From an uncultured actinomycete (GTDB lineage Bacteria; Actinomycetota; Acidimicrobiia; Spongiisociales; UBA5794), in assembly GCA_942491345.1 (NCBI GenBank), contig CALOAN010000042.1, forward strand, positions 54,587 through 118,586: a stretch of DNA of 64,000 nt, given 5' to 3'. The stretch's first letter is position 1; each line of letters opens with the position of its first letter. Under the pieces are notes generated by a model that ran no database searches, was not told the origin of the DNA, and worked only from the letters and a program-made list of their open reading frames with translations. Positions 39,455-48,300 of the stretch are shown here, piece after piece. Position numbers and translations under genes: made by a program.

Positions 39455-39655
39455 GGGCCTCATACTCGCGGTTCGAGCTCCCAGGCGGCCCCCTCTCATC
39501 AGGCTGCCCCCTCTGCGGCCGAGCATCAGGCTGCCCCCTCTGCGGCCGAGCATCAGGCCGCCCCCTCTGCGGCCGAGCATGAGGCGGCCCCCTCTGCGGC
39601 CGAGCATCAGCTCGGCCGCGTCTCCCCCACCTTGGCGGTGGGGGAGACCAGGAAG
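39455..39655. repeat. 4 x 30-bp tandem repeats followed by the gtctcccccaccttggcggtgggggagac palindrome (same family as 18.5 kb and 61.5 kb elements)
   Basis: catcaggctgccccctctgcggccgag x4, then a hairpin related to those at 18530 and 61510. Confidence 0.85.
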
Positions 39656-39739
39656 GGCCCCGGCACATGGGGGCGCTTGCGTCCACCGCGAAGGGAGTAG
39701 CGGTCTGCGGCGGATTCATCTGGCGCGCTCCGAATCGTC

Positions 39740-40876
39740 ATGTTTGGGGGAACCGTCGATACACTCACGGCCATCATGATTCCCTTCAAGAGATCTCTTC
39801 TTCTGTTCGTCGCGCTCGCGTTGCTTGTTGTGTCCTGCAGCCGCAGCTCCGCGTCGGACTCAACGACGACGCTGGCCACGACCACATCCACCTCCACGAC
39901 CACATCCACCTCCACGACTACGACGACTACGACGACCACCACGACCACAACCGTGCCGCCGGCGGAGGCGTCGATCAACGGTCTCGAGGCCGATGACGAT
40001 CTCATCAATCGGAGGGTCGTTGCGGTCAAGATCGACAACCATCCGCAAGCCCGGCCTCACACCAACCTGCACCTCGCCGACGTGGTGTACGAGGTGCTCG
40101 TCGAAGGTGGTCTCACTCGGTTCATCGCCTTGTTCCACCAGAGCGACTCCGAGTACGTCGGTCCGGTCCGGTCCGGTCGGCCGACCGATGTGAGCCTCGT
40201 CAAACCCCTCGGAGGGCCGTTCCAGATCTCCGGTGCTCAGCCGTGGGTTCGAGCGCTGTTCTCCAGCGAAGACCTGTACATGATCTTCGACAACGGCATC
40301 ACGACGTTCCGGGACAAGACCCGCAGGGCACCCCACAATCTGTACTCATCGACCGAGGAGATCCGCGAGTGGGCCGATGAACGCGATTGGCCGGACGTCG
40401 CACCGCTCCCCATCTTCTCCTATGCACTGGATGCGCCGGAACCGACCGAAGAGGCGACGTTGATCGAGTTGCAGTTCTCAGGTCACGCCCCCTCGACATG
40501 GATCTGGGATGAGGAAGAGGAGTTGTACTTGCACTCCTACGGCACCGAGCCGCACATGTCGATCGATACCGACAAGATCGATACCGACGACGAAGAACAG
40601 CAGATCTCCGCCGACATGGTTGTGGTTGTCGAAGCCGGCCGTTACACAGCATGGGATCCGGCTGGGAAGGGTCAGGAGCTCCCCGCGTTGAGAACGACCG
40701 GAGAGTGGCCCGCCCATGTCTTCTACAACGGCGGCGTCATCCACGCCACGTGGATGCGGGAGACCGAGGAAGACCCGGTCACCCTCCTCGACGAGGCCGG
40801 CGAAGAGATATCAATCCCGCCCGGACGAGTGTGGATCGAAGTCTTCCCGGACGATCAAACCCTCACCTGGGAGTGA
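39740..40876 (+). CDS. lipoprotein, DUF3048-like, with a long Thr/Ser-rich linker
   Basis: Lipobox (LLVVSCS); TTTLATTTSTSTTTSTSTTTTTTTTTTTTT linker; KIDNHPQARP...GLTRFIALF core resembles the DUF3048/YerB family. Confidence 0.5.
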   Translation: MFGGTVDTLTAIMIPFKRSLLLFVALALLVVSCSRSSASDSTTTLATTTSTSTTTSTSTTTTTTTTTTTTTVPPAEASINGLEADDDLINRRVVAVKIDNHPQARPHTNLHLADVVYEVLVEGGLTRFIALFHQSDSEYVGPVRSGRPTDVSLVKPLGGPFQISGAQPWVRALFSSEDLYMIFDNGITTFRDKTRRAPHNLYSSTEEIREWADERDWPDVAPLPIFSYALDAPEPTEEATLIELQFSGHAPSTWIWDEEEELYLHSYGTEPHMSIDTDKIDTDDEEQQISADMVVVVEAGRYTAWDPAGKGQELPALRTTGEWPAHVFYNGGVIHATWMRETEEDPVTLLDEAGEEISIPPGRVWIEVFPDDQTLTWE

Positions 40877-40879
40877 TCC

Positions 40880-42280
40880 GTGGTCTCGATCGTCGACCTC
40901 GCCGCAGCGGTTCGAAGCGGTGAGCGTTCGGCGGTTGACGGTGTTGAAGAAGCGCTTGCCGCTGCTGAAGCGCTTCAACCCCGCTTGAACGCCTTCACGT
41001 CGATCTCCCGGCCCGGAGCAATGGAGCGCGCCGAGGAGCTGGATCGCAGGATCGCCGCCGGAGAGGACGTCGGGGAGCTTGCCGGCATCCCGATCGGACT
41101 CAAGGATCTGATCGATCAGTCGGGTGTCGCGAACACCAACGGCGCCGCGTTCGAACCCGTGGTTCCTGACACGTCTGCGACCGTGGTTGATCGGCTCGAG
41201 GCTGCGGGCGCGGTCATCATCGGGCGAACCGGCCTTCATGAGTTCGCTTTCGGATTCACGTCGGAGAACGAGCACTTCGGCCCGGTTCGCAATCCCTGGG
41301 ATGTCGAGCTCTCGCCGGGTGGATCCTCTGGAGGTTCGGCAGCGGCCGTCGCTGCTGGCATCGTGCCTGCTGCCATCGGCACCGACACCGGGGGATCGGT
41401 GCGCGTTCCGGCTGCATTGTGCGGCGTGGTGGGCCTGAAAGTCACCCATGGCCGTGTGCCCCTCACCGGAATAACACCGCTCGCCCCGTCACTCGACACC
41501 GTCGGCCCGATCACGAGAACCGTGAGTGATGCGGCCGCCGTGTACGCAGCTATCGCCGGCGACGACCCTCACGATCCTTGGGCCGCTCCGGTGCCCGTGG
41601 GCCTTGCGGGTGGGCCTCGCGATCCTTCGACGATCGCCGTCGGCGTTCCGAAGCAGTGGATGCTCGCGCCGACGGATCGCGTTACGGGCGAAGCGTTCCA
41701 TGCTGCGATCGAGAGACTCGTTGATGCAGGGGTGTCTGTCGAGACGGTGGATGAGCCGGCGCTCTTGACAACCGATGCCGCCGCGTTGGCCACTTCCGCT
41801 GAAGTGTTCCGCGTGCATCGGGATCGCTGGCATCGGGACGCCGATCGATATGGCCGTGACGTGGCCTCCCGTCTCCGCAAGGCTGCAGCAGTCCGGCTCG
41901 ATTCGGTGATCGACGCGATGGCTTGGGACGCCGGAGCCCGCCACGCGATGAGCCGCCTGTTCACTCGATTCGATGCTCTTGTCACTCCTACCGTCGGATC
42001 AACGCGAAAGGTGATCGGACAGGCTGACATAGACATTGACGGAGAGAGCATCTTCCACCGTCTGGTTATTGCTCAGAACACTTGGCCGGTCAATCGTGTC
42101 GGGAATCCGGCCCTCGCGCTCCCGATCCCGAGCAACGGGACGCCGCCCGCGAGCATGCAAATAGTCGGCCGCAGATGGGGTGAATCTGATCTCTTGGAGA
42201 TAGGCCTCGGTCTCGAATCAGCCGGCATCGTCGGCGCCGATTGGCCACCGAACATTGCCCCGCACGCGGCGACTTCATGA
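40880..42280 (+). CDS. amidase-signature family amidase (GatA-like)
   Basis: GGSSGGSAAAVAAG amidase signature and GxSxG-type catalytic region; GTG start overlapping the upstream stop. Confidence 0.7.
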   Translation: MVSIVDLAAAVRSGERSAVDGVEEALAAAEALQPRLNAFTSISRPGAMERAEELDRRIAAGEDVGELAGIPIGLKDLIDQSGVANTNGAAFEPVVPDTSATVVDRLEAAGAVIIGRTGLHEFAFGFTSENEHFGPVRNPWDVELSPGGSSGGSAAAVAAGIVPAAIGTDTGGSVRVPAALCGVVGLKVTHGRVPLTGITPLAPSLDTVGPITRTVSDAAAVYAAIAGDDPHDPWAAPVPVGLAGGPRDPSTIAVGVPKQWMLAPTDRVTGEAFHAAIERLVDAGVSVETVDEPALLTTDAAALATSAEVFRVHRDRWHRDADRYGRDVASRLRKAAAVRLDSVIDAMAWDAGARHAMSRLFTRFDALVTPTVGSTRKVIGQADIDIDGESIFHRLVIAQNTWPVNRVGNPALALPIPSNGTPPASMQIVGRRWGESDLLEIGLGLESAGIVGADWPPNIAPHAATS

Positions 42281-42440
42281 TCGACGCCGAACACACGACG
42301 ATTCCGGCTTTCCCTGATCTGCTGTTCCGCGTCCGGCCCCGGGAGATCGACATTCACCGGGTGGAAGTGGCATAGACTTGCCGAGTGCACATGGGGGACG
42401 ACCCCTACCGATCCCCTACTCGTTATGAGGAGCAGAAATC

Positions 42441-44315
42441 GTGTCAACAGACACTGAGACCGACGCCCCCCCGGCACCGGAACAAATCGATCGGGTGGTC
42501 ATCCGATTCGCAGGTGACTCCGGGGACGGCATGCAGCTGGCAGGGACCCAGTTCACCGCCAGCTCGGCGATGTTCGGCAACGACCTCGCCACGCTCCCGA
42601 ACTTCCCAGCGGAGATTCGCGCCCCTGCCGGAACGATCGCCGGCGTCTCTTCGTTCCAGGTCCACATCGCCGACTGGGACATCCTCACTCCCGGCGATCG
42701 GCCGGACTGCCTGATCGCGATGAATCCCGCGGCGCTCATGGCGAATTTCGACGACCTCAAGCCCGGGGCATTGATCATCGCCAATTCGGACGCGTTCGAC
42801 GAGCGCAATCTCGCAAAAGCGGGGTACGAGAAGAACCCGCTCAAGGACCATTCGCTCCGCGGCTTTCACGTGTTGACGGCTCCGATGGAGGAGCTTACGA
42901 AGCAAGCGCTGGTCGGGACCGGCGTCAAAGGGCGCGAGGTTCTCCGCTCCAAGAACTTCTTTGCCCTCGGGCTGATGTCGTGGATGTATTCGCGGCCGCT
43001 CGAGTCGGTCGAGGGATGGATCACCGGCAAGTTCGGCACCGACACACCGGTTGCCGCCGCCAACCGGGCGGCGCTTCGCGCCGGATACAACTACGGAATC
43101 ACGACTGAGGAATTCCACCACACGTTCGAGGTGCGACCCGCGTCACTCCCCGAGGGGGAATACACGAACGTGACCGGGAATGCCGCACTGGCCTGGGGGC
43201 TGATTGCGGGGGCCAGGGCTGCGAACCTTCCGCTCTTCCTCGGCTCCTACCCGATCACGCCGGCGACTTCGATTCTCGAGGAGCTGGCGAAGCAGAAGCA
43301 CTTCGGGGTGAAGACCTTCCAGGCCGAAGACGAGATCGCGGCCGTCGGAACGGCCATCGGCGCTGCGTTCACCGGCAGCCTTGCAGCGACCACCACGTCG
43401 GGGCCCGGGCTTGCGCTCAAGTCGGAGACGATCAGCCTTGCCTTCATGATGGAGCTGCCGCTGATCGTGATCGACGTCCAGCGCGCCGGTCCGTCAACCG
43501 GGATGCCGACGCGCGTTGAGCAATCCGATTTGCTCTTCGCCATGTACGGACGCCACGGAGAAGCGCCGCTGCCGGTGCTCGCCGTCGCCACTCCGGCGGA
43601 CGCTTTTTCAACGACGATCGAGGCGGCACGAATCGCCACGAAGTACATGACGCCGGTGATCCTGCTCTCAGACGGCTATGTCGCCAACTCATCCGAACCC
43701 TGGCTGATCCCGGACATCGAGGACTTGCCGAAGTTCCCCGTCACGTTCGCGACGAAGCCGAACGACGGCGACCAGTTCCTGCCGTATGTCCGGGATCCCG
43801 TGACCATGGCACGGCCGTGGGCAATTCCGGGAACCCCGGACATGGAGCACCGCCTCGGAGGCCTGGAGAAGCAAGACCGAACCGGAACTGTCGCATACGA
43901 CGGCGCGAACCATCAACTGATGACGGAACTCCGCGCCGCCAAGATCGACGCTATCCGCAAGGACATCCCGCCGATCACCGTCCACGGAGACGCCGACGCG
44001 AGAATCCTCGTACTCGGATGGGGTTCGACCTTCGGAGCGATTCGTGCGGGCGTGCTGAACGCTCGCAGGAACGGACTGTCCGTCGCTCACGCGCAGATCC
44101 GCCACCTCAATCCACTGCCGCCCGACCTCGGCGACATCCTCGAGGGGCGCGAGATCGTGCTGGTCCCCGAACTCAATGCCGGGCAGTTCTCGAAGCTGAT
44201 CCGGGCGGAGTATCTCGTGGATGCGGTGACGTTCGGCAAGATGGAGGGAGACCCGTTCAAGTCGGGCGAGATCGAAGACAAACTCGTGGAACTCTGCCGG
44301 GAGCTCAACTCATGA
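42441..44315 (+). CDS. korA: 2-oxoacid (2-oxoglutarate):ferredoxin oxidoreductase subunit alpha
   Basis: Large two-domain subunit with N-terminal RFAGDSGDGMQLAG and conserved OFOR core; GAGGAG RBS then GTG. Confidence 0.8.
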   Translation: MSTDTETDAPPAPEQIDRVVIRFAGDSGDGMQLAGTQFTASSAMFGNDLATLPNFPAEIRAPAGTIAGVSSFQVHIADWDILTPGDRPDCLIAMNPAALMANFDDLKPGALIIANSDAFDERNLAKAGYEKNPLKDHSLRGFHVLTAPMEELTKQALVGTGVKGREVLRSKNFFALGLMSWMYSRPLESVEGWITGKFGTDTPVAAANRAALRAGYNYGITTEEFHHTFEVRPASLPEGEYTNVTGNAALAWGLIAGARAANLPLFLGSYPITPATSILEELAKQKHFGVKTFQAEDEIAAVGTAIGAAFTGSLAATTTSGPGLALKSETISLAFMMELPLIVIDVQRAGPSTGMPTRVEQSDLLFAMYGRHGEAPLPVLAVATPADAFSTTIEAARIATKYMTPVILLSDGYVANSSEPWLIPDIEDLPKFPVTFATKPNDGDQFLPYVRDPVTMARPWAIPGTPDMEHRLGGLEKQDRTGTVAYDGANHQLMTELRAAKIDAIRKDIPPITVHGDADARILVLGWGSTFGAIRAGVLNARRNGLSVAHAQIRHLNPLPPDLGDILEGREIVLVPELNAGQFSKLIRAEYLVDAVTFGKMEGDPFKSGEIEDKLVELCRELNS

Positions 44316-45349
44316 CGATTGACGTGACTGACTACAAACGGGCCGATTTCCAGTCCGCTCAGGAAGTCCGCTGGTGCCCGGGCTGTGGTGACTACACCAT
44401 CCTTGCCACGGTTCAGAACTTCCTCGCCGAGATGGGGATTGCACGCGAGAACCACGTGTTCATCTCCGGAATCGGCTGCTCGAGCCGTTTCCCGTACTAC
44501 GTGAACACCTACGGCATGCACGGCATCCACGGCCGCGCCCCCGCCATCGCGTCCGGTGTGGCGAGCGCCAATCCGGATCTCACCGTCTGGGTGATCACAG
44601 GCGACGGAGACGGCTTGTCGATCGGCGGAAACCACCTCATTCACGCATTGCGACGCAACGTGAATCTCAAGATCCTGCTGTTCAACAACCAGATCTATGG
44701 GTTGACAAAGGGCCAGTACTCGCCGACCTCGGAGCTCGGGAAGAAGACGAAGACCTCTCCGATGGGTTCGATCGATTTCCCGTTCAATCCTGTCAGCCTC
44801 GCGCTTGGTGCTGAGGCGACGTTCGTTGCTCGCACGATCGACATGGACCGGAAGCACATGGCCGAGGTGCTCGCCGCAGCAGCGGAGCACCGCGGCACGT
44901 CTTTCATCGAGATCTATCAGAACTGCAACGTCTTCAACGACAAGGCGTTCATCGAGCTCACAAGTCGCGAGACCCGAGACGACAACCGCGTCTATCTCGA
45001 ACACGGCAAGCCCATCGTCTTCGGTCCCGACGACGAGTATGGGATTCGCATCGGTCATCTCGGTGCAGAGATTGTCGAGGTGTCGGCGGTCGGCATCGAC
45101 GCGATCCAGGTCCACAACGCCAAGGACCCGGAACCCGGTGTTGCGTTCGCTCTCAGCCGCCTCTCGCGGGGTCCCCATGGGCCAACCCCGCTCGGGATCT
45201 TCCGTGATGTCGACCGCGCGGTCTACGAGGACCTCATGGTTGGCCATATCAACCAGGCCCAGGAGCTGCGCGGGACCGGAGACCTTGCGGCGTTGCTTCG
45301 CTCCGGCGGCAGCTGGACCGCCGAGCAGGAGACCGACTCGCCTTCGTAG
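44312..45349 (+). CDS. korB: 2-oxoacid:ferredoxin oxidoreductase subunit beta (TPP-binding)
   Basis: WCPGCGDYTILATV and GIGCSSRFPYY TPP motifs; ATGA overlap with korA. Confidence 0.8.
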   Translation: MTIDVTDYKRADFQSAQEVRWCPGCGDYTILATVQNFLAEMGIARENHVFISGIGCSSRFPYYVNTYGMHGIHGRAPAIASGVASANPDLTVWVITGDGDGLSIGGNHLIHALRRNVNLKILLFNNQIYGLTKGQYSPTSELGKKTKTSPMGSIDFPFNPVSLALGAEATFVARTIDMDRKHMAEVLAAAAEHRGTSFIEIYQNCNVFNDKAFIELTSRETRDDNRVYLEHGKPIVFGPDDEYGIRIGHLGAEIVEVSAVGIDAIQVHNAKDPEPGVAFALSRLSRGPHGPTPLGIFRDVDRAVYEDLMVGHINQAQELRGTGDLAALLRSGGSWTAEQETDSPS

Positions 45350-45367
45350 CGCCGGAAAGCCGGGACA

Positions 45368-45886
45368 ATGAGCGAAACCGTGAACGTCCGGTTTTCGAAG
45401 TGGGACGGACACGCGCATTGGGCCTTCGACATGAGGCGCCTCGGTGAGGACGAACACGGCGTGTGGCTGTGGGCTCCGGCCGGGACGGAACTCCGTCGGG
45501 GGTCTGAAGCCCCGATCGAGGCGAAACACGGATTCGTCAAAGTGGTAGCTGCCGGGCAGTGGTGGACGGGGATCTGGAACGACGGGCTGCAAACCGACGG
45601 CCGATCGATTCGGACGTACGTTGATGTGATCACCCCGGCCGTGTGGGACGGGGACACGGTTCGCATGATCGACCTCGATCTTGATGTTGTTCGCCGCAGC
45701 GATGGAAGCATCGAGGTCGACGACGAAGACGAGTTCGAGGAACACAAGGTCGCCTTCGGCTACCCACAACACGTTGTCGACCGTGCACGAGCAGAGGCCG
45801 CGCAACTGGTTCTAGCACTCGAGCAGGGCAGGGAGCCGTTCAGTGCTGTGGGGGAAGGGTGGCTGGAGGTGTCGCGTGGACGTTGA
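45368..45886 (+). CDS. DUF402-family protein
   Basis: YVDVITP...RMIDLDLDV pattern typical of DUF402. Confidence 0.45.
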   Translation: MSETVNVRFSKWDGHAHWAFDMRRLGEDEHGVWLWAPAGTELRRGSEAPIEAKHGFVKVVAAGQWWTGIWNDGLQTDGRSIRTYVDVITPAVWDGDTVRMIDLDLDVVRRSDGSIEVDDEDEFEEHKVAFGYPQHVVDRARAEAAQLVLALEQGREPFSAVGEGWLEVSRGR

Positions 45887-46559
45887 GGGGCTGGTGGATC
45901 TTGTCGCCCGCGGTCTGAGCGAAGGCGCGAATGCGTCCAAGGCTGCATCGATGGCTGCCTACATGAAGACCGACACGCCGTTCTACGGCGCCCAGAAGGC
46001 GGCGCGAGTCCCGGTGCACCGCGAGGCCGTCCGCCGATTCCCGCCGGCCGATCGAAACGACTACCGCCAAGCCGTTATCGCACTCTGGAACCAGCCGCAT
46101 CGAGAAGAGCGGTACCTCGCAATCGACTATGCATGCTCGTTTCCGAAGTACATCACGCTGTCGTCGCTCCCGCTGTATCGGAGGATGATTGTCGAGGGGG
46201 CATGGTGGGATTTCGTCGATTCCCTCGCGATCCATCTCGTGGGGCAGGTCTTGCTCAACCAGCGCGAGGCCACGACTCCCAAGGTCAAGGCGTGGATCGA
46301 CGATCCCGACATGTGGCTGCGGCGGTCCGCGATCATCGGCCAGATCACCCACAAGCAGGAGACGGATACCGACCTGCTCTTCGAAGCCTGCGCGCGGCGC
46401 ATGCACGAAACTGAGTTCTTCATTCGGAAAGCCATCGGTTGGGCGCTCCGCGACTACGCCAAGACAGACCCGTCCGCGGTCGTTGCGTTCGTGACCGAAC
46501 ACCGGGACGCACTCTCCGGGTTGTCCTTCCGGGAAGCCACGAAACATCTCGACGTCTGA
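45843..46559 (+). CDS. DNA alkylation repair enzyme family (AlkD/AlkC-like HEAT-repeat glycosylase)
   Basis: AAYMKTDTPFYG...WNQPHREERYLAIDY...FFIRKAIGWALRDYAK matches the DNA-alkylation-repair fold family. Confidence 0.5.
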   Translation: MLWGKGGWRCRVDVEGLVDLVARGLSEGANASKAASMAAYMKTDTPFYGAQKAARVPVHREAVRRFPPADRNDYRQAVIALWNQPHREERYLAIDYACSFPKYITLSSLPLYRRMIVEGAWWDFVDSLAIHLVGQVLLNQREATTPKVKAWIDDPDMWLRRSAIIGQITHKQETDTDLLFEACARRMHETEFFIRKAIGWALRDYAKTDPSAVVAFVTEHRDALSGLSFREATKHLDV

Positions 46560-46571
46560 TACCTTCGCTCC

Positions 46572-47174
46572 ATGGACAGAGAAGTCATGCAGGACATGTG
46601 GAACGACCGCTACCGAGAGAGCGAAACGGTGTTTGGAGATGAGCCGAATCAGTTCCTCGTCGAGATTGCCACGAAACTCGATCGCGGGACTGCCCTCGAC
46701 CTGGGGTGTGGTCAAGGTCGCAACGCCCTGTGGCTGGCCGAACGCGGGTTCGCCGTCACCGGACTGGATCTCTCACCGGTCGCGATCGAGCAGGCGCGTG
46801 CTCGAGCGGCCCAACTTGGACTCGACGCAACCTTCGAGTCGGTCGACTTGCTCACCTGGGAGCCCGATGGGCAGGAGTGGGATCTCGTGGTCTTGGCCTA
46901 CATCCACCTGCCCGAACAGATGAGGCGGGCCGTTCATGCCGCAGCTCAACGAGCCGTCGCCCCGGGAGGCAGCATCGTCGTCATCGCTCATCACCTCGAC
47001 AACCTCGGCGGAGGCACCGGCGGCCCTCAGCGCCCCGACTGGCTCTTCACCGAGGAGCAGCTTGCTGATGACTTCTCCGGCCTCGATATCGTGCGAAACG
47101 AGCAGGTCGTTCGAACCACCGACCACGGCGATGCCCTCGACGTTGTGTGTGTCGCCGTGAAGAAGGCGACCTAG
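46572..47174 (+). CDS. class I SAM-dependent methyltransferase (TehB-like)
   Basis: ALDLGCGQGRNALWLAERGFAVTGLDLS motif I. Confidence 0.6.
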   Translation: MDREVMQDMWNDRYRESETVFGDEPNQFLVEIATKLDRGTALDLGCGQGRNALWLAERGFAVTGLDLSPVAIEQARARAAQLGLDATFESVDLLTWEPDGQEWDLVVLAYIHLPEQMRRAVHAAAQRAVAPGGSIVVIAHHLDNLGGGTGGPQRPDWLFTEEQLADDFSGLDIVRNEQVVRTTDHGDALDVVCVAVKKAT

Positions 47175-47677
47175 GGGTCGATCCGACCGGCACGGGGCAG
47201 TGGCCAGTAGCGAACGACGACCTTCCAGTCAATGTCGGTGATCGGAATGGGTCCGAGGACACGACTGTCGACCGATGAGGCTGCCCGACGGTCCGCCATC
47301 ACCCAGATCGCACCCTCAGGAACGATCCCCTCCACCTGCGAGGCTGTGGGACCGTCGGCCCACGGTTCGGCGAGCAGGCGGCCGTCGATGCGGATCTGCC
47401 CGTTCGAGACGGCCACGTACTCTCCGGGAAGGCCGACCACGCGCTTGATCAGCGTCCAGCCGGGATATGACGGGTGGGTGAAGACCACAACGCTTCCACG
47501 GGTTGGGACTCCTCGCCGACGCTGCGCAATGACCCAATCATCCGGCTCGAGCGTCGGCCGCATCGAATCGTCGACGATCGCGAACCTGCGTGACATTCCA
47601 CCGGCCGCCGCTGCGACCAACGCCGCTCCAATAGCCGCTGTTGCAACCCGTCGCCTGCGAATGTGCCCTCCTCTGAC
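47171..47677 (-). CDS. sodX: S26 signal-peptidase-I-like Ni-SOD maturation protease; start uncertain
   Basis: SMRPTLEPDDWVIAQRR...TLIKRVVGLPGEYVAV S26 motifs; divergently adjacent to sodN as in Streptomyces. Confidence 0.55.
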   Translation of the reverse strand, partial: VRGGHIRRRRVATAAIGAALVAAAAGGMSRRFAIVDDSMRPTLEPDDWVIAQRRRGVPTRGSVVVFTHPSYPGWTLIKRVVGLPGEYVAVSNGQIRIDGRLLAEPWADGPTASQVEGIVPEGAIWVMADRRAASSVDSRVLGPIPITDIDWKVVVRYWPLPRAGRIDP

Positions 47678-47764
47678 GGCGGGGAGTGTACGGAGCAGAA
47701 CCTCTGAGATGCGCTCCCGCACTCGGGTATGGTTGCAGAGAACCCGACCCGATGGAGGGAAACG

Positions 47765-48193
47765 ATGAAGATCGTCGAGAGAATCCTCGCACCGCGTCAC
47801 GAGGCGCATGCCCACTGTGACCTGTTCTGCGGCACCTACGACCCGGCACAGGCAATGATCGAAGCCGTTTCGTGTCTCAAGATCGCTGAGAAGTATCAGG
47901 CATCCGATGATGACGTGTTCCGGTCACGTGCGATCTCGATCAAGGAGCAGAGCGCCGAGCTCGTCAAGCATCACCTGTGGGTGTTGTGGACCGATTTCTT
48001 TGAGCCGAAGCATGTTGAGGAGTTCCCCGGTCTGCATGACCTGTTCTGGCGGGCGACGAAGGCCGCCGGCGAAGCGAAGAAGACGATGGACCCGGCCGCT
48101 TCCCAGAAGATGATCGACCTCATTGCCGAGGTCTCCGATGTGTTCTGGGCCACCGAAAAGGCCCAAGCCGCCGGCGTCTACCCACCGAAGTAG
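47765..48193 (+). CDS. sodN: nickel-containing superoxide dismutase precursor
   Basis: 14-aa pro-peptide (MKIVERILAPRHEA) followed by the Ni-hook HCDLFCGTYDPAQA. Confidence 0.85.
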   Translation: MKIVERILAPRHEAHAHCDLFCGTYDPAQAMIEAVSCLKIAEKYQASDDDVFRSRAISIKEQSAELVKHHLWVLWTDFFEPKHVEEFPGLHDLFWRATKAAGEAKKTMDPAASQKMIDLIAEVSDVFWATEKAQAAGVYPPK

Positions 48194-48195
48194 GT

Positions 48196-48300
48196 GGAAG
48201 ACCCGAGACCCGAGACCCGAGACGCATAGGCAAGGAGTGGGTAACGCTTCGTTGTCTCGTGTCTCGTGTCTCGTGTCTCGTGTCTCGTGTCTTGTCTCTC
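48196..48300. terminator. imperfect hairpin: (ACCCGAG)3 ... ~30-nt loop ... (GTCTCGT)5 between the convergent sodN and murJ genes
   Basis: gacccgagacccgagacccgagacg ... cgttgtctcgtgtctcgtgtctcgtgtctcgtgtc read directly; complementarity is 6/7 per unit. Confidence 0.4.

Noticed and set aside
42441-45349. KorAB as part of the BMC metabolic module
   Set aside because: It is separated from the BMC operon by ~10 kb of unrelated genes (sodN, murJ, ABC transporters) on mixed strands; likely ordinary central metabolism.
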